Assembly: GCA_008690995.1 (NCBI GenBank)
Contig: VRMN01000002.1
Location: 806,001-870,000, forward strand
Length of the DNA: 64,000 nucleotides
From: Porphyridium purpureum
Taxonomy: Eukaryota
Direction of reading: 5' to 3'
Positions 1-11,700 of the stretch are shown here, in pieces (the first letter of the stretch is position 1; each line of letters starts with the position of its first letter). The position numbers were made by a program, and so were the translations under genes. Below the pieces are notes generated by a model, which saw only the letters and a list, made by a program, of their open reading frames with translations, did no database searches and was not told the DNA's origin.

Positions 1-108
1 CCGGAAGAAATCCTCATCGAACATCCTATCGCTGAACGCCAAGGCGCCCAGCACCAACTGTGCCATGGCCGAAAAGAACAGCACTTCGGGTGTCTGCACG
101 CCCGCCAT
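1..108 (-). CDS. 5' part of a hypothetical protein running off the left window edge (MAGVQTPEVLFFSAMAQLVLGALAFSDRMFDEDFFR...)
   Basis: ATG at 108 with an open frame to the window edge; GC-rich third positions; divergent from the L22 gene. Confidence 0.4.
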   Translation of the reverse strand, partial: MAGVQTPEVLFFSAMAQLVLGALAFSDRMFDEDFFR

Positions 109-471
109 GCCGACAACCCGTGTACGCCAAACCTCCTACCCGACTCGTAAATTTTACGCACAAGCTCGTCGACACGAGTAGACGCTCGGCTCCAACTAGG
201 GCCCGCCGCCAATCTCAGCGACCGTAACCCAGGGCGTACTAGAGTGCGCTCCGATCCCGTCTTCCACCCACGCCCATCACAAGTTAACGCCTATGCCCGC
301 CTGCGCGCGCGCGTCCAGCTCTTTCAGCCTTGCGGTGCACTGTACTTAGACGTACAGTCAATTTGTACAGTTAGACGGTACACTCGGACGCGGGTTGCTT
401 TCGCGTCTGCACAAGGCAGGCAGGCGGCGCTCGGTGAGAGCTGAGAAGGGCTATGTCTTGCTCGGCAGACG

Positions 472-1836
472 ATGAACGTGTACCGAGGAACAAGGGACAC
501 GCTGCGCGTGCTGCGCGCGCGCGCGTCTAGTACGCACGTGTACTGGGTCCTGGAGCCTGCCGAGAGAGCAGGGCGCGGGCTTCTTGGTCCCGAATGGAAT
601 CGTGCGCGTGGCTTGGTCGGGCACACGCAGTGCGAAAGAAGTGCGTCGATGGTCGTGACATCTCGAGATCGGCGGACGGAAGGCGATCATCAAGGTTTTT
701 TGTCAGCTATCCGTCGCCGTAGGCATGAAAGTGGTTGCCTAGGCGCAGCGGACAGCCGTTGGGGTAGAAGGAATATTAGCACCAATCGCACCAGCAGCAG
801 TCCTTCTAGCCCTGACGGCACGGATTCAGGTACTACCTGGACAACGATTGGCAAGGACCAAATGCTGCCGTATGACTTGCCACTTATAGAAACTCCAACT
901 CCTGGTGAGGGAAGCGAGAGTGATTCAAAGGTGTACTCCACGCGTGAGATGAAGGAAAAGTTCGTGAGGACAAAGCAGGGGCTTTTCCTGCGCGACAAGG
1001 CGATCGATGACGAGTATTTGCACAAGTATACCCGAAGCATGAGACGCAAGGGCTTCCAGCTTGCAGATTACGCAACCAATCCTCGGCGCGGAAGGTGGAA
1101 AGTGGATCACCCGAAAGTCGCAGTCGCGCGCCAGATGCAAATTCAGTATTCGCCCAAGAAAATGAACTATGTGTGCATGCTGATCCGGCGAAGACCTGTT
1201 GATTTTGCTTTAGCACAGCTTTCGGTGCTGAACAAAAAGGGATCGCCGTGGGTGCGCAAGGCACTTATTCGTGCGAAGGCCACCGCCTTGTTCACCAAGA
1301 AATTGAAGCGCGACCGGCTCATTGTGAGCGAGTGCTGGGTCACCAAGGGTCAGTATGGCAAGAAGCTCGTCTACCACGGGAAAGGTCGAGCTGGGCGAGC
1401 GTATGAGTACTATTGCCATGTGACAGTGGTCGTACGCGAGCTCGATGAATATGAGTGGAACAAACTGTTCGTGCCCCCGAAGCCATTTGGCCAAATGCGC
1501 CCGAGCAGTGAGCCTCGCGCGAAGTTGACGCGACCCCTGCCTAAAGTGTGGCTTGTCCAGTCACAGCTGGAGGCAACTGTGCGTGAAGGCTTCCAAGAGT
1601 TCTTTGGGGATAACAAGTACTTACAGCTCTACAACTCACATCGACATCCGAACGCGCCTACTTTCAACTCGAAACGACTTCGCAAGAAAGGCCCGAAGCC
1701 CGCAAAGTCGACAAAGGTGAGAATCGGCCCACCGAAGCCTGTCAAGTTTGTCAAGGTGCGCAGAGAAAAACGGCAGAAGAGCGAGGCGTGGGAACGGTGG
1801 GTCAAGATGCGGGAGAAGGTGAAAGCGAAGATGTAG
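472..1836 (+). CDS. MRPL22: Mitochondrial ribosomal protein L22 (uL22m) with long N- and C-terminal extensions; true start uncertain
   Basis: L22 core: AVARQMQIQYSPKKMNYVCMLIR...ALAQL...LIVSECWVTKG...HGKGRAG...CHVTVVVRE; Arg-rich N-terminus. Confidence 0.85.
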   Translation: MNVYRGTRDTLRVLRARASSTHVYWVLEPAERAGRGLLGPEWNRARGLVGHTQCERSASMVVTSRDRRTEGDHQGFLSAIRRRRHESGCLGAADSRWGRRNISTNRTSSSPSSPDGTDSGTTWTTIGKDQMLPYDLPLIETPTPGEGSESDSKVYSTREMKEKFVRTKQGLFLRDKAIDDEYLHKYTRSMRRKGFQLADYATNPRRGRWKVDHPKVAVARQMQIQYSPKKMNYVCMLIRRRPVDFALAQLSVLNKKGSPWVRKALIRAKATALFTKKLKRDRLIVSECWVTKGQYGKKLVYHGKGRAGRAYEYYCHVTVVVRELDEYEWNKLFVPPKPFGQMRPSSEPRAKLTRPLPKVWLVQSQLEATVREGFQEFFGDNKYLQLYNSHRHPNAPTFNSKRLRKKGPKPAKSTKVRIGPPKPVKFVKVRREKRQKSEAWERWVKMREKVKAKM

Positions 1837-2009
1837 CTGAAGGAACTGAAGTCGCATGCGCGAATTCATGTGTTTTAAATCCCGAAACGCACATCTCATG
1901 AACCACTTCAAACTTTTTTCTTAAAGACGCGGGCTTCGAAGGCGCGCTTGCACACCTCGACTCCAGACCTTTGTGCGCGCCTAAATTAGTACCTTGATTC
2001 GCCGATATC

Positions 2010-2494
2010 TCACGTGGTGATGCCCGGACTGATCAGAACCACCGTATCGCCTCGCACGAAAAGCATGGGGAATTTGCGCCGCTCCGTCGTGATGATCTCC
2101 TCGAACGTCTCCTCGTCCACTTCCACGGAAACCGTCGTCTCCTCGACGTCGCCCAAGATCATGTTCAAGTGCTGGTCGAATGCCTTGCAAACGAGTATTG
2201 GAACACACACAAAGAAACACAAAGGTTGAAAAATAAAATAAAATGGGATTGTCAGTCTCCGCGACCGTACCGCTGGTTCATACTGAGGCCGATCGACTTC
2301 CTAGACCAGCTAGTCTCGCCTGAAAGTAGTGAGAAACATCGACAAAGACGTTTAGCGGCGACTTATCAACGTACATGCAGTCGCCCCCGCAGCTCGCGCT
2401 GACCGCGCAGCCGCACGCGCACTAGCTCATTTAGCGCAAGCCGCACAAGATCAAGCGGCTCTTCAATCCCACCGCTCGGTTGGACACCTGCCAT
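2010..2494 (-). CDS. LSM3: U6 snRNA-associated Sm-like protein LSm3; exons 2494-2375 and 2183-2010, 191-nt intron
   Basis: Exon 1 reads [40 protein letters not shown], then a GTACGT donor; the acceptor ...TGCAAG precedes [16 protein letters not shown]...[14 protein letters not shown]. The join gives the canonical LSm3 '[14 protein letters not shown]'. Confidence 0.93.
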
Positions 2495-2585
2495 CCTACT
2501 TTACCAACACCCGTCGCACGCAATGTCGAAGATATGTTTATCGAGAAACAAAACTTGAAGCCGAGCCGGGTTGACGACTTGCGGT

Positions 2586-3968
2586 TTAGAATTTGTGGAA
2601 GAATTCGATGTAAATCGTGATGATTTCGAGAACCGCTTCCACCGCGATGAGCCAGATGACAATCCACTCGAGCCGATGCCCGTAGCTAATATGTCGCTCG
2701 TCGCGAAACAGCGCATACATGCTCTCGATAACCGAAAGACGCTTGTTGAGGACCGTGACGCGTGCCTTACAGTCCAGGTACTTGTGCGCGCGCTCGTACA
2801 CGGGCTCGAATGAGATGTTGTCCCAGAACCACGCCGGCACCTCATCAAGCACATCTGTCTGCAAGTTGATGTACGCGCTGTACGTGTAAAGCTCGCCGGA
2901 CATCATCAGGAGTTCACGATCGGTCAGATGAAGCACGCCCGTGCGTGCCAGCTGCACAGGATACGGCTCAATGCGCCGGAAGATCGACTCCACTGCGCTC
3001 TCAAAGCTAGCAAGTTTTTCGCTCTGTGCCACGCCATACGAGCAAGCCAATTTGACGTGCAACAAGTCCTCGGACGTCAAGTCCGAGGACAGCCAGAACA
3101 CATCATGCTCGATACGGAACAGAACTGATGGCGCATGTGCGTCACTTTCTGGTTGCGTCCGAGGCTCTAGGTACGTAAAGTCGTACGTCTCCATTTCAAT
3201 ACCGTACTCGAGCCGGCCGTTTTCAAATGGCTTCAAGCTTTCGAGGACCTGCCACTCCCACACTTCTGGAAGAGCCCACATGACGATCACGCCATAATCA
3301 AAGATGAAGATCTCTGCAGACTTGGATACTGTGTCAAAGGCAAACTCACCGGCCTGGCCTGCGAAGAAGGGCACATTTCTCTGTGCGTCGGTACCGGCAT
3401 CCCAGTTCCACTGACCGTGTAACACCTCACGAGAGAAGCGGCGCATTACCCAGCCGCTCTTGTTTGCGAATTCCTGAAAAAGCTCTTTCATCAAGAATGT
3501 GTTGCACGTGCAAAATACGGAGAGACGACCGGTCCAGCGCCCGCTCTTGTCCTCGCCCGGTCGCACGAGCTGCGACGGCCTGATGCGATCCAGGCGCGTT
3601 TTCGAGCCCGCTACAAATCGGGAAGAGGCCAGCGCGCCCGCCAACTGGGGTGCCCTTGCCACCGATGAGGCCATCGGCGCAGTGAATTTTCCCGAGGAGA
3701 AGCTGCCCGATTTCGTTGCCTGTTGCAGATGCGGCCCCGAAGCGACTGGCCCGCCCGCCGCGCTTGGCAGCCAGCTAGCTGGCGCACGCGCGTGCAAACC
3801 GTGCGCTGGGGGCGGGAGCGCATGAGGCACCACACCGCCCACCGCCGCGGCTGGCGCAGACAGTGAACGGTCCTCAAGCGCGGACACAGCCGAGTATGAG
3901 CTCGGCATTCCATCCGCGGTCGGGTTCTCACCCGATCCATCTCCGAGCAACGTACGAGTCTCATCCAT
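2586..3968 (-). CDS. DUF155 / RMD1-RMND1-YagE family protein with C-terminal membrane helix
   Basis: FIFDYGVIVMW, SYGVAQSEKLASFE, NLQTDVLDEVPAWFWD, RVTVLNKRL and LEWIVIWLIAVE motifs; first ATG at 3968. Confidence 0.85.
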   Translation of the reverse strand: MDETRTLLGDGSGENPTADGMPSSYSAVSALEDRSLSAPAAAVGGVVPHALPPPAHGLHARAPASWLPSAAGGPVASGPHLQQATKSGSFSSGKFTAPMASSVARAPQLAGALASSRFVAGSKTRLDRIRPSQLVRPGEDKSGRWTGRLSVFCTCNTFLMKELFQEFANKSGWVMRRFSREVLHGQWNWDAGTDAQRNVPFFAGQAGEFAFDTVSKSAEIFIFDYGVIVMWALPEVWEWQVLESLKPFENGRLEYGIEMETYDFTYLEPRTQPESDAHAPSVLFRIEHDVFWLSSDLTSEDLLHVKLACSYGVAQSEKLASFESAVESIFRRIEPYPVQLARTGVLHLTDRELLMMSGELYTYSAYINLQTDVLDEVPAWFWDNISFEPVYERAHKYLDCKARVTVLNKRLSVIESMYALFRDERHISYGHRLEWIVIWLIAVEAVLEIITIYIEFFHKF

Positions 3969-4838
3969 GGCGATTGTGTGCGCACCGCGTTCGCAGCTTC
4001 TTTGCAACCGCCTCGCCACACAACGCCCGCGTCTTTTGCAATCTCCTCTTCCCTCTTGGAAGTCGCGAGATCGCCCTGCGCGCTACGAGGCGGCTCGGCA
4101 ATCGCGTCCCGCTGACGTGAACGCAAAAAACACAAACACGTGTCTCACACCTATTGTCAAGCGTGAGACTCTTCCACCTGCCTCTCTTCTCCGCCGACGA
4201 TCTCGGCGCCCGCGCTGCGCGCAGCGTGTATCATGAGCGGCTGAGCCTCCCAACGGACAGTTGGATTTTCCGGCGCCGTTGATGCTGACCGACCGCCACA
4301 AAGGTCATGAGCGCCAAACCGCCTCAGCTGCTGAGCCTCACTGCTTATCGGTTCATGGCCGGCCGTTGAACCGTTATGTCGTCATGCTTGTGCGCCGTTT
4401 CGCCGGCTTCTCAGCATTGACTGTACTTTGGGACTGTACTTCGGGCCGCGTGGCATGGGTGTGCACGGAAAGCGTCCAGGTGCAGTGGCCTCAGGGCACG
4501 CGTGGCGAGACGTCGACTGCGCTCGCGGCGTTCAAAGCTGCGCCGCTCTCAGACGCCTGCAATATCCGAAATCTGCCTGAAATTCTGGACTCTGCAGATC
4601 TCGACTCGGGCACTTTCAGCGAAGCAGCACGCGCCGGTCCGGGGCAAACCGATCTCGCGAGACAGGTGGAACGACACGGCGCACATGTCTGGTGAAAGAT
4701 AGTCACAGCGAGGCGCCGGCTCCCGTTCCTTTTCGTATGGATCCAAGTGGTGGGAGCGTACAGCGGCGCGTGAGATCTCATACAACCTGAACTGCATTTA
4801 ATAGCTTTCCAAAATGACCAAACGAGCGAGCATCTTTG

Positions 4839-5864
4839 TCAAGCTCCTGGTTGGTCTAGGTGAAGAGCCTGGATTTCATTCCCGTCGTTTTTTCCATCCT
4901 CTTCATCGGAAGATGCGCGATCGCTTTCTTCCATTTCCTGATCCCAATACAGGTAATCGACCCAGCTTTCGTGCAGGTACTTTGGAGGGAATCGCCTCGC
5001 GCACTGCTGGAGCTCGTAAAGAGACGGCACTTTTGGCGTTCGCTGCAGGCGCATGCCGCGCAGATCCTTGAGCAGCATGCTGCCCTTGCGGTTGTTGCAC
5101 GAAATACACGCTGTGACCACATTCTCCCAGCATAACTTGCCGCCCCGGCTTTTCGGGACCACATGGTCGAAAGTGAGGTCCACGGGGCGGTGACTCTGTC
5201 CGCAGTATTGACACGAAAACTGATCGCGCAGAAACACATTGTACCTTGAAAATGCGGGCCTCTTCTTAGAAATTTTCGCGTACTCCTTCATGACCACCAC
5301 GCTCGGCACGGGGAACTCGGCACTTGCTGACCGAACTTTGATGTGGTCGTACGTCTCCACCACGCGCACTCGGTCTAGGCATAGCGCTTTCATCACTTCT
5401 GTCCACGGCCATAGCGACAATGGAAGATAACTAAGTGGCTGATAGTCTGCGTTGAGGACCAGTGCCGGGCAAGACTCCAGCCGCATTGCTAGGTTTTCCG
5501 ATCCGGAGACGTTGCCGCCGCGCGTGCTTTCGTCAAACGCGCGCAGTTCATCACCATCGCCCTCGCGCCAAACCAGGCCGCGGTTTGCGGTCGCCTTCTT
5601 CGAGGACGCAGCTGGAGATGCAACCACGCTTTCCGTACTCACGTTACGCAAATCTCTAGCGCGCCGTAAGACGCCTCGGGCCGAGAATGCGCCGCCATTT
5701 TTCGCTGAGCCCCGAACCTTTGTGGGCTTGGCCATGTCAATCCTTGTTTTGGGAAACCGCGTCATCGCTTGTCGAGCGATCTGCTGGTCGCACAGCCCAT
5801 ACTTTGGCGAGAGCCTGTTTGCCCAGCCATCGATGCCGCAAAATCCTGCTAGAAAGGCGGTCAT
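4839..5864 (-). CDS. HNH endonuclease (bacterial McrA-like/HNH_5 type) with N-terminal targeting-like extension
   Basis: ALVLNADYQPL...FSRYNVFLRDQFSCQYCG...LTFDHVVPKSRGG...WENVVTACISCNNRKG. Confidence 0.9.
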   Translation of the reverse strand: MTAFLAGFCGIDGWANRLSPKYGLCDQQIARQAMTRFPKTRIDMAKPTKVRGSAKNGGAFSARGVLRRARDLRNVSTESVVASPAASSKKATANRGLVWREGDGDELRAFDESTRGGNVSGSENLAMRLESCPALVLNADYQPLSYLPLSLWPWTEVMKALCLDRVRVVETYDHIKVRSASAEFPVPSVVVMKEYAKISKKRPAFSRYNVFLRDQFSCQYCGQSHRPVDLTFDHVVPKSRGGKLCWENVVTACISCNNRKGSMLLKDLRGMRLQRTPKVPSLYELQQCARRFPPKYLHESWVDYLYWDQEMEESDRASSDEEDGKNDGNEIQALHLDQPGA

Positions 5865-7337
5865 GTCCTCGCTCACTGCTCACAGCGCGGCTTTGTGTGT
5901 GCGCCTCGAAACGGTTTGCCTGTGGACTTTGCCGGTCGAGCGGTGCTCCCCAAGTACCAGAAAAGGCGCTTTGCAAGGCAGAATCTGTATTTGCTTCACA
6001 CGAGTCGATCGGCTCGGTACTCACCACAACGCGCCAGCGCAACCTCAACACGGAGCAACGAAGACACCAAGATTCCAGCTGCCAATGCCCCCCGCCGCTC
6101 CTGCCAGTGAGCCAGCTGCTGGCCCCGTTCTTACTGCGACGGCTCCTTCCAAAGACACTCACGACTTCCGCTCTCCTCGCACTCACGCCACCCCAGTCCC
6201 CTTTTTCTTTCCTGCCCCTTGCCGCTCGCGCACGCGTCTCCACGTGTGCGCAGAAACCGCCACGCGTGCCGCGCCAGAAGCGGAGCAGTTTGAGCACGCA
6301 GCAAAGACGGAGAAGCGAGTTGCGCGGCGCGACGCCAACCCATCCACACACACACACGCACACGCACACACACCGTCTGGCTCTGCAGCGTCTGCGCTAC
6401 AGCCCACGCCCTCGCTCCACGCTCCCCCTTACATCCACCGTCACGCCAGCGAATCTTTGTGGCGCAAGTATTCTTCCTTCCCCCTTTCCAACCGCACCTG
6501 CATTTTCGCCCTGCTTTCTCCACAAACGCTCGCGCAGCCCTCCAAACCGCTCCCAAAAAATCACGCGCGCCAGCAGAACCGCTCACAAAAATCCGATACC
6601 ACAAAACGCGCGCGAAACGCCGTATTCGCCCTAAGTAACACCCGACTAAGTACGTACGCGCTTGGGCATGGAGCGAGAGCTGTGCGGACTGGACTTGGGC
6701 TGGCAGTGGCACGGACACGGTTCGTGCCCGCATCGTATGCCGTTCGGATAGACATCGTACATGGCCGATGTGAACGACCAACCGTGTGGATCAGGTGACT
6801 CCACCCACGCTCGTCATCCAACGTTTCACACGGGCGCTCCCTCGCCGCTTCCCTGTCGACAAGAACCACGACCACGCGCGGTATGCGTCGAGCGTCATGC
6901 GCGGGGTTGTCACAATCACCGACGCACCGTCGTGTCCTGGTTGCAGCGTATCGCGACCATCAAAGACACTCGCAACCAGCCCATCTCCCCACCAGCACAC
7001 CAGCCACCCCCAGTGCACCTCAGCACGCACACATGCACAGACCCGTTATCGGTTTCGCAGTCGCAGCAACCGTTTCCGTGTGATGAACCGTTCGACGGCT
7101 GCCCGCTGTACCCCCGGCTCATGGAGGAGCGCGCATGTTAAAAGTACAGCGCTGGCCGTTTCACAAATTCATATGATGCTGGATCAGTCGGATATTAATA
7201 GCCTTTGTTTCGTCAAGGGCTGTCGCTTTTACATAAGAAGGGGGAAGGGGAAGGAGGACTCTTCAATTTAGTTTGGGGCAAGAGGGACTAGAGAAGCGTG
7301 CAAGGTGTCGGCGGGGGGACAGAGAGATTGGTTGGGT

Positions 7338-7364
7338 GGGGTTGGGGTTGGGGTTGGGGTTGGG
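7338..7364 (+). repeat. (GGGGTT)4-GGG hexamer tract; G-quadruplex-capable and telomere-like
   Basis: Read directly; ends about 50 nt upstream of the ATG at 7417. Confidence 0.8.
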
Positions 7365-7416
7365 AGGAGGAAGAGCGTGTGTGGTGCGGGAGGCGCGGGC
7401 GGAGAAAGTCGGCAGT

Positions 7417-8445
7417 ATGGATGAGACGGACGATTTGAAGAAGAAGCTGCCGGACGCCGAGCCGTCGGTGGGAGCGGCAGGCAGCAAGGCGCCGCCGCGA
7501 GGCACGCACTCCAAGGACGTGTCCTCCGGCGCAGAGAAGCTCCAAAAGGCAGAGAAAAAGTTCATGAAGACGTGGCAGTCGTGGGTCGTGGAGAAGAAGA
7601 TCACAGACGTCCCGCTCGAGCTCAATCTCGAAGGAAACGACCTCGCGAACGCCGGCCTCTTCAAGAAAAAGGCGCCGTTCGCCGTCGTCTACCTCAAGGG
7701 CGTCAAGCCGGAAGATCAGTGGGAGAAGTTCGGAGATACCGAGGCCCCGCAAAATATACTGAACCCTAAGTTTGTGGCGTCCTTCCGCATGGGATGCGAC
7801 ACGCAGGAAGACCGGCAGCAGAGCCTGCGCATCGAGTTTTACAACCGCGCGCACAAGGACAAGAACGATCTGGGCAAACAGGACTTCATCGGCAGCGCCA
7901 CGTGCAAGCTCGAAGATATCCTCTCGGCACCAGGCCAGGTGCTGTCCATGGAGCTCAAGCATCCCACCAAGACCGCTTTTCGAGGCACGTGCACGTTGTT
8001 CATCGACACGCTCCTGATACGAGACCCGCCGTTTGAAATAACTCTCAAGATCAGGTCATCGGGTCCATCCACAGACAAGAAGAAGTGTTATTACGTCATT
8101 AGTCGCGGCTTGCGAAAGGCCAACTGGACGCCCGTGTACCAAAGCGAGACTTACAAAGGGAGCGGCGCGCCGGTCTTCGAGCCCATTACCTTGACGCAGG
8201 AGCGACTCACCGCAGGAGCCGATGATCGGGCGTTTCGAATTGAAATCTTCTCCAAAAGTATGATGGGGAAGCACGAGAGCGTGGGACACTTTGCGGCCAA
8301 GTACGAGACGCTCAAAGGTATGAATCCCGGGGCGAAAATCCCATTCAACTCGACCAGGGACGGCCACATCGCGAACGGTGTTAAGCTCATGGAGTCCGAG
8401 ATCACTGGATCAGGTGCCGTATTCGCCTTTGAAGTAACCGAATAG
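7417..8445 (+). CDS. Tandem C2-domain protein (copine-like C2 pair without a vWA domain)
   Basis: TEAPQNILNPKF...LRIEFYN...QDFIGSATCKLEDIL and a second C2-like unit PVYQSET...PVFEPITL...FRIEIF; ATG at 7417. Confidence 0.75.
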   Translation: MDETDDLKKKLPDAEPSVGAAGSKAPPRGTHSKDVSSGAEKLQKAEKKFMKTWQSWVVEKKITDVPLELNLEGNDLANAGLFKKKAPFAVVYLKGVKPEDQWEKFGDTEAPQNILNPKFVASFRMGCDTQEDRQQSLRIEFYNRAHKDKNDLGKQDFIGSATCKLEDILSAPGQVLSMELKHPTKTAFRGTCTLFIDTLLIRDPPFEITLKIRSSGPSTDKKKCYYVISRGLRKANWTPVYQSETYKGSGAPVFEPITLTQERLTAGADDRAFRIEIFSKSMMGKHESVGHFAAKYETLKGMNPGAKIPFNSTRDGHIANGVKLMESEITGSGAVFAFEVTE

Positions 8446-8675
8446 AGAGTGTGCCCCAACGCGCGCGTGTCTGTACCGCTCCTTGCTTTGGCGTCAAGAA
8501 CGGTTGGGGTTTTATTTCGGGCGGGTGAGAGAACAGCCCTGGTGGTATAGTAATTCGAAGGCGTGAGCAGACCTCGTCGAAGGAGGCTTGCGCTTGGTTG
8601 GACCATATCTTGAAGTTTGGGCAAGTCGGAGAGCGCGTTTTTAAATGAGGCTCGCATGTAAGAAACAGTTTGACG

Positions 8676-8706
<31 letters not shown>

Positions 8707-8712
8707 TACACA
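8676..8712. repeat. (CA)n microsatellite between convergent genes
   Basis: Run of acacacac... read directly. Confidence 0.85.
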
Positions 8713-8748
8713 CGTACGTACAAAAGTAAAAATAACACCGAATATAAC

Positions 8749-11700
8749 TCATTCCAGAAACGAGAGTTGCCCAGCCAAAGCAGTAAGCATTGGTGAACCA
8801 CGGTCCAAAATCCTCGGCACTAGTCGTGAGCCACCGAGATGATACAAAATGCGGAAAGGTAGCAGCAGCGCGACGGCGACGAATTCCGGACAGGCGCGAG
8901 TGTGTGAAGAAACCAACACCGTATCTACGGTCAAGCTGCCGTGCAGCGTATGCGGACTGAACAGTCCGCGCAGAAGCTTGGGCGTACTCACGCTGATCAC
9001 TGTTTCAACAAGCCCGTTCTCGAGCTCGACCACATCGTCAACACCCACTTGACTTGCTGCGATAGTCCGCCCATTCGCAAACATAAGGTGCCTGGCCGAA
9101 ATGCGTAATGTGGCGCTGCGTGTGGCAATCTCAAGATACTCGCCATAACCCTTTGAATCGCGGTGGCCGAAGAAGTACACGGGACTGTAAACACCATTCC
9201 CAATACTAATTTGGTCGCCAAGCTCAAGCTCTTCCATTCGCACAAGCGCACCGGAACGCATACGCACAACTGCGTCTGCTGGGAAGCATGGCTCCGGCGA
9301 TGGCGTCGGCGTTGGCGTCGGTGTGGGTTCCCGCGGCCGTGGCGTTGGGAGCGGCGTCGGCGTTGGAAGCGTTTCTCCAGTTAGTTGGGCACGAACAAGG
9401 CTGCTGCCTTGGCGAATTGCATTCGAGCACAGTGTGCTCAGCTGCAAGTAGTAAAGCCCTGGGAAGCTCATGGCCAATAGGATATCTCGATTCAAATCCG
9501 CCGTCACCGAGTTTGCGTCCGCAGCACTCTGCTCCGTCTGGTCCCGACCCGGGAAAGACTCGCCGAGATCAGAATTCGTCTCTGGACACGTCGCATTAAG
9601 CAAAGACGAGAATCCACCACAAAAGAACCAGAGCGGCTCGCCGTCTTCAAAAACTGAGCCAGAGTTCAGCGAAAGGCTCGAGACAGTTTGGTTCTCGCCC
9701 ACTTCATCGCACGCCGCGGTCTGGTCCAAGCGATAGGTGGCAACAAGGTCGGCACCTCCCTGTGCGGAAAAAATGGCTGCTGCTCCGGCGGTGGAGTTTC
9801 CAATCACATTCGATGAGATATCAGGATCCGTAACAAAGTTTGCTTCCAGGGCAACAGCCGGAAAAACGAATACGGACAGAGGCGTGCTTGGTGTCTCGAG
9901 TAAGATAGTGCTCGAATCATTCTCGCACTGCCTGAGCATCCGCTGCTCAATACCTAGTATATTTTGGGCGATGTCACGATACCCAGAGCTGGAAGCTACA
10001 TTTCCCAAGAACTGGAATGAATAAAAATCGGCCCCATCAACATCCGTGCGTGAGTCCGGACAGACCACGACTTCTGGTCGACCGACCTCACTGGATGTGC
10101 AGTTCGGCTGCAAACTTGTCTCCGAGCAGCAAAACACAGCGCTATGATTTGCGTCCGGCTCTGCTCCGGTTACTGTGAGCGCCAGCGACTCAAAACCAGG
10201 ATCACACTGTCCAAAAGCAGTGCCTTCCTCCAGCGCGTACAAAATTTGTTGCACTAGCACGCCAGTAGGAAGCACTTTGACTTGACTGAGAGCCGCGTCC
10301 GCATTCACACGGTCTATGCGACGTTGCACCACGTACAGAAACCGAGAATTCGACATCGGAGACGAGAGTAAAACACCCGCCAGCGCCTCGTCCGATGGAG
10401 ACGCAACGTACTCTGCGCATGGCGAAAAATAGCGAACTTCGAACCGACCCGGATCGCGATACAATGCGGACAGTATGGATTGAGAAACACTCACCTGGAA
10501 AACCTCCTGCTCGAAACTCACAGATGGGCACGGCGGGACAGAAGCCTCTGAGAGATTGTACCTTTCGCGTATTGCCGCGCTCGCGCAGAGCGCAGCGACT
10601 ACCGTGTCTTGAAGGTCATCATCATTTTCAGAGTCCAGCGAGGTGTCAAATACAACGATCCCGACCAGGTCGCTTGGTACTCCCAGCAATGTGTCGCACA
10701 CCAGACCGCTACTGGTAAAATTCCAGTATACTTCAAAGACCATTGACGCCTGCTCGCTGCTTTGCACGAGAACGCCCGTACGGCTCGCACCAGAGATACT
10801 CACAGGTTCGCCGTCAATCGCCATGGAGGCGCCTCCGAGCTGAACACCAGCAGTGTCATACTGAAGCAGCGTATCTGGCACAATGGACAGCTGGGAGCGG
10901 ATCAAGCCAAGAGGAGTCGTGCCGTTCATGCTAAGGCTCAGGGTAAGGCTGCAGTTCGTGTGCACGTTCAAGTAGAAGTCCTCGGGGGTTTCGTACACGG
11001 CGTCAATCATTTCACCAAGTGAAAGTCCCTCCGCACCAGGACCAGGAACTAGCGCGTACTGGTAGACTGCAAGCGTTGATTGATTCTCCGGCTGCTGCAC
11101 GCATTCTGCGACACCTTGCATGGCGAGCGGACCGGATCCACACAGAAAGAAGAAAATGGGTCCGTTCTCAGATTGGTTCCCTGTATGCACGTGGATCCCT
11201 AGAATGTTTGGCTCTGCATCGCCGGTCAGCTCAGAGCATACATCGGAGCTCGCGATATATAATGCCACCCCGCTCGTTGCCTCACTCGATTCCTTGTCAA
11301 ACCCGAAGACACCAAAGCCAGTCGAGTTGAGCGCAACGTCTGATGACACGTTTGGCGCCGTCGCTTCGTTAATAACGAGCTTGGGCGCTGCGAGAACCTT
11401 TGCCCTCGGGTTACTGCTTGGCGCAAACAAGGGTCCGAAAGCCAGCTGTTCGCGCAGCAGCGATTCTGTTTCGGCCAGGAAAATTTGAGAGCACGATGTT
11501 TCGACGCTCACATAGAACGCAGCCGGGTCGAAGAACAGCTCGGCAAGCATTTGCTCCTGTGTCAGCTCGGTTGCATTACTGTCTGGAACTCCGCTAAATG
11601 TGAATGTAAACGTTGGGTCGCCGGCGACGTAAGTACAAGGCGTCGAAGAATTCGCTTCACAAAAGGTCCACCACACTGGGCCGTTCTCTGCGTCCGAGCC

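Noticed and set aside
4261..4695. 144-aa ORF between the DUF155 and HNH genes
   Set aside because: No recognisable domain, and it overlaps a promoter-like motif cluster.
4839..5864. HNH ORF as a homing endonuclease, IscB/Cas9-like effector or mobile element
   Set aside because: No RuvC motifs, terminal repeats, host intron or repeat array seen nearby.
5452..7271. Long overlapping ORFs (e.g. 5452-6798, 5687-6634, 6786-7271)
   Set aside because: Partly antisense to the HNH gene, low-complexity and microsatellite-derived, with no motifs. Treated as intergenic or leader DNA, though 1.4 kb remains unexplained.
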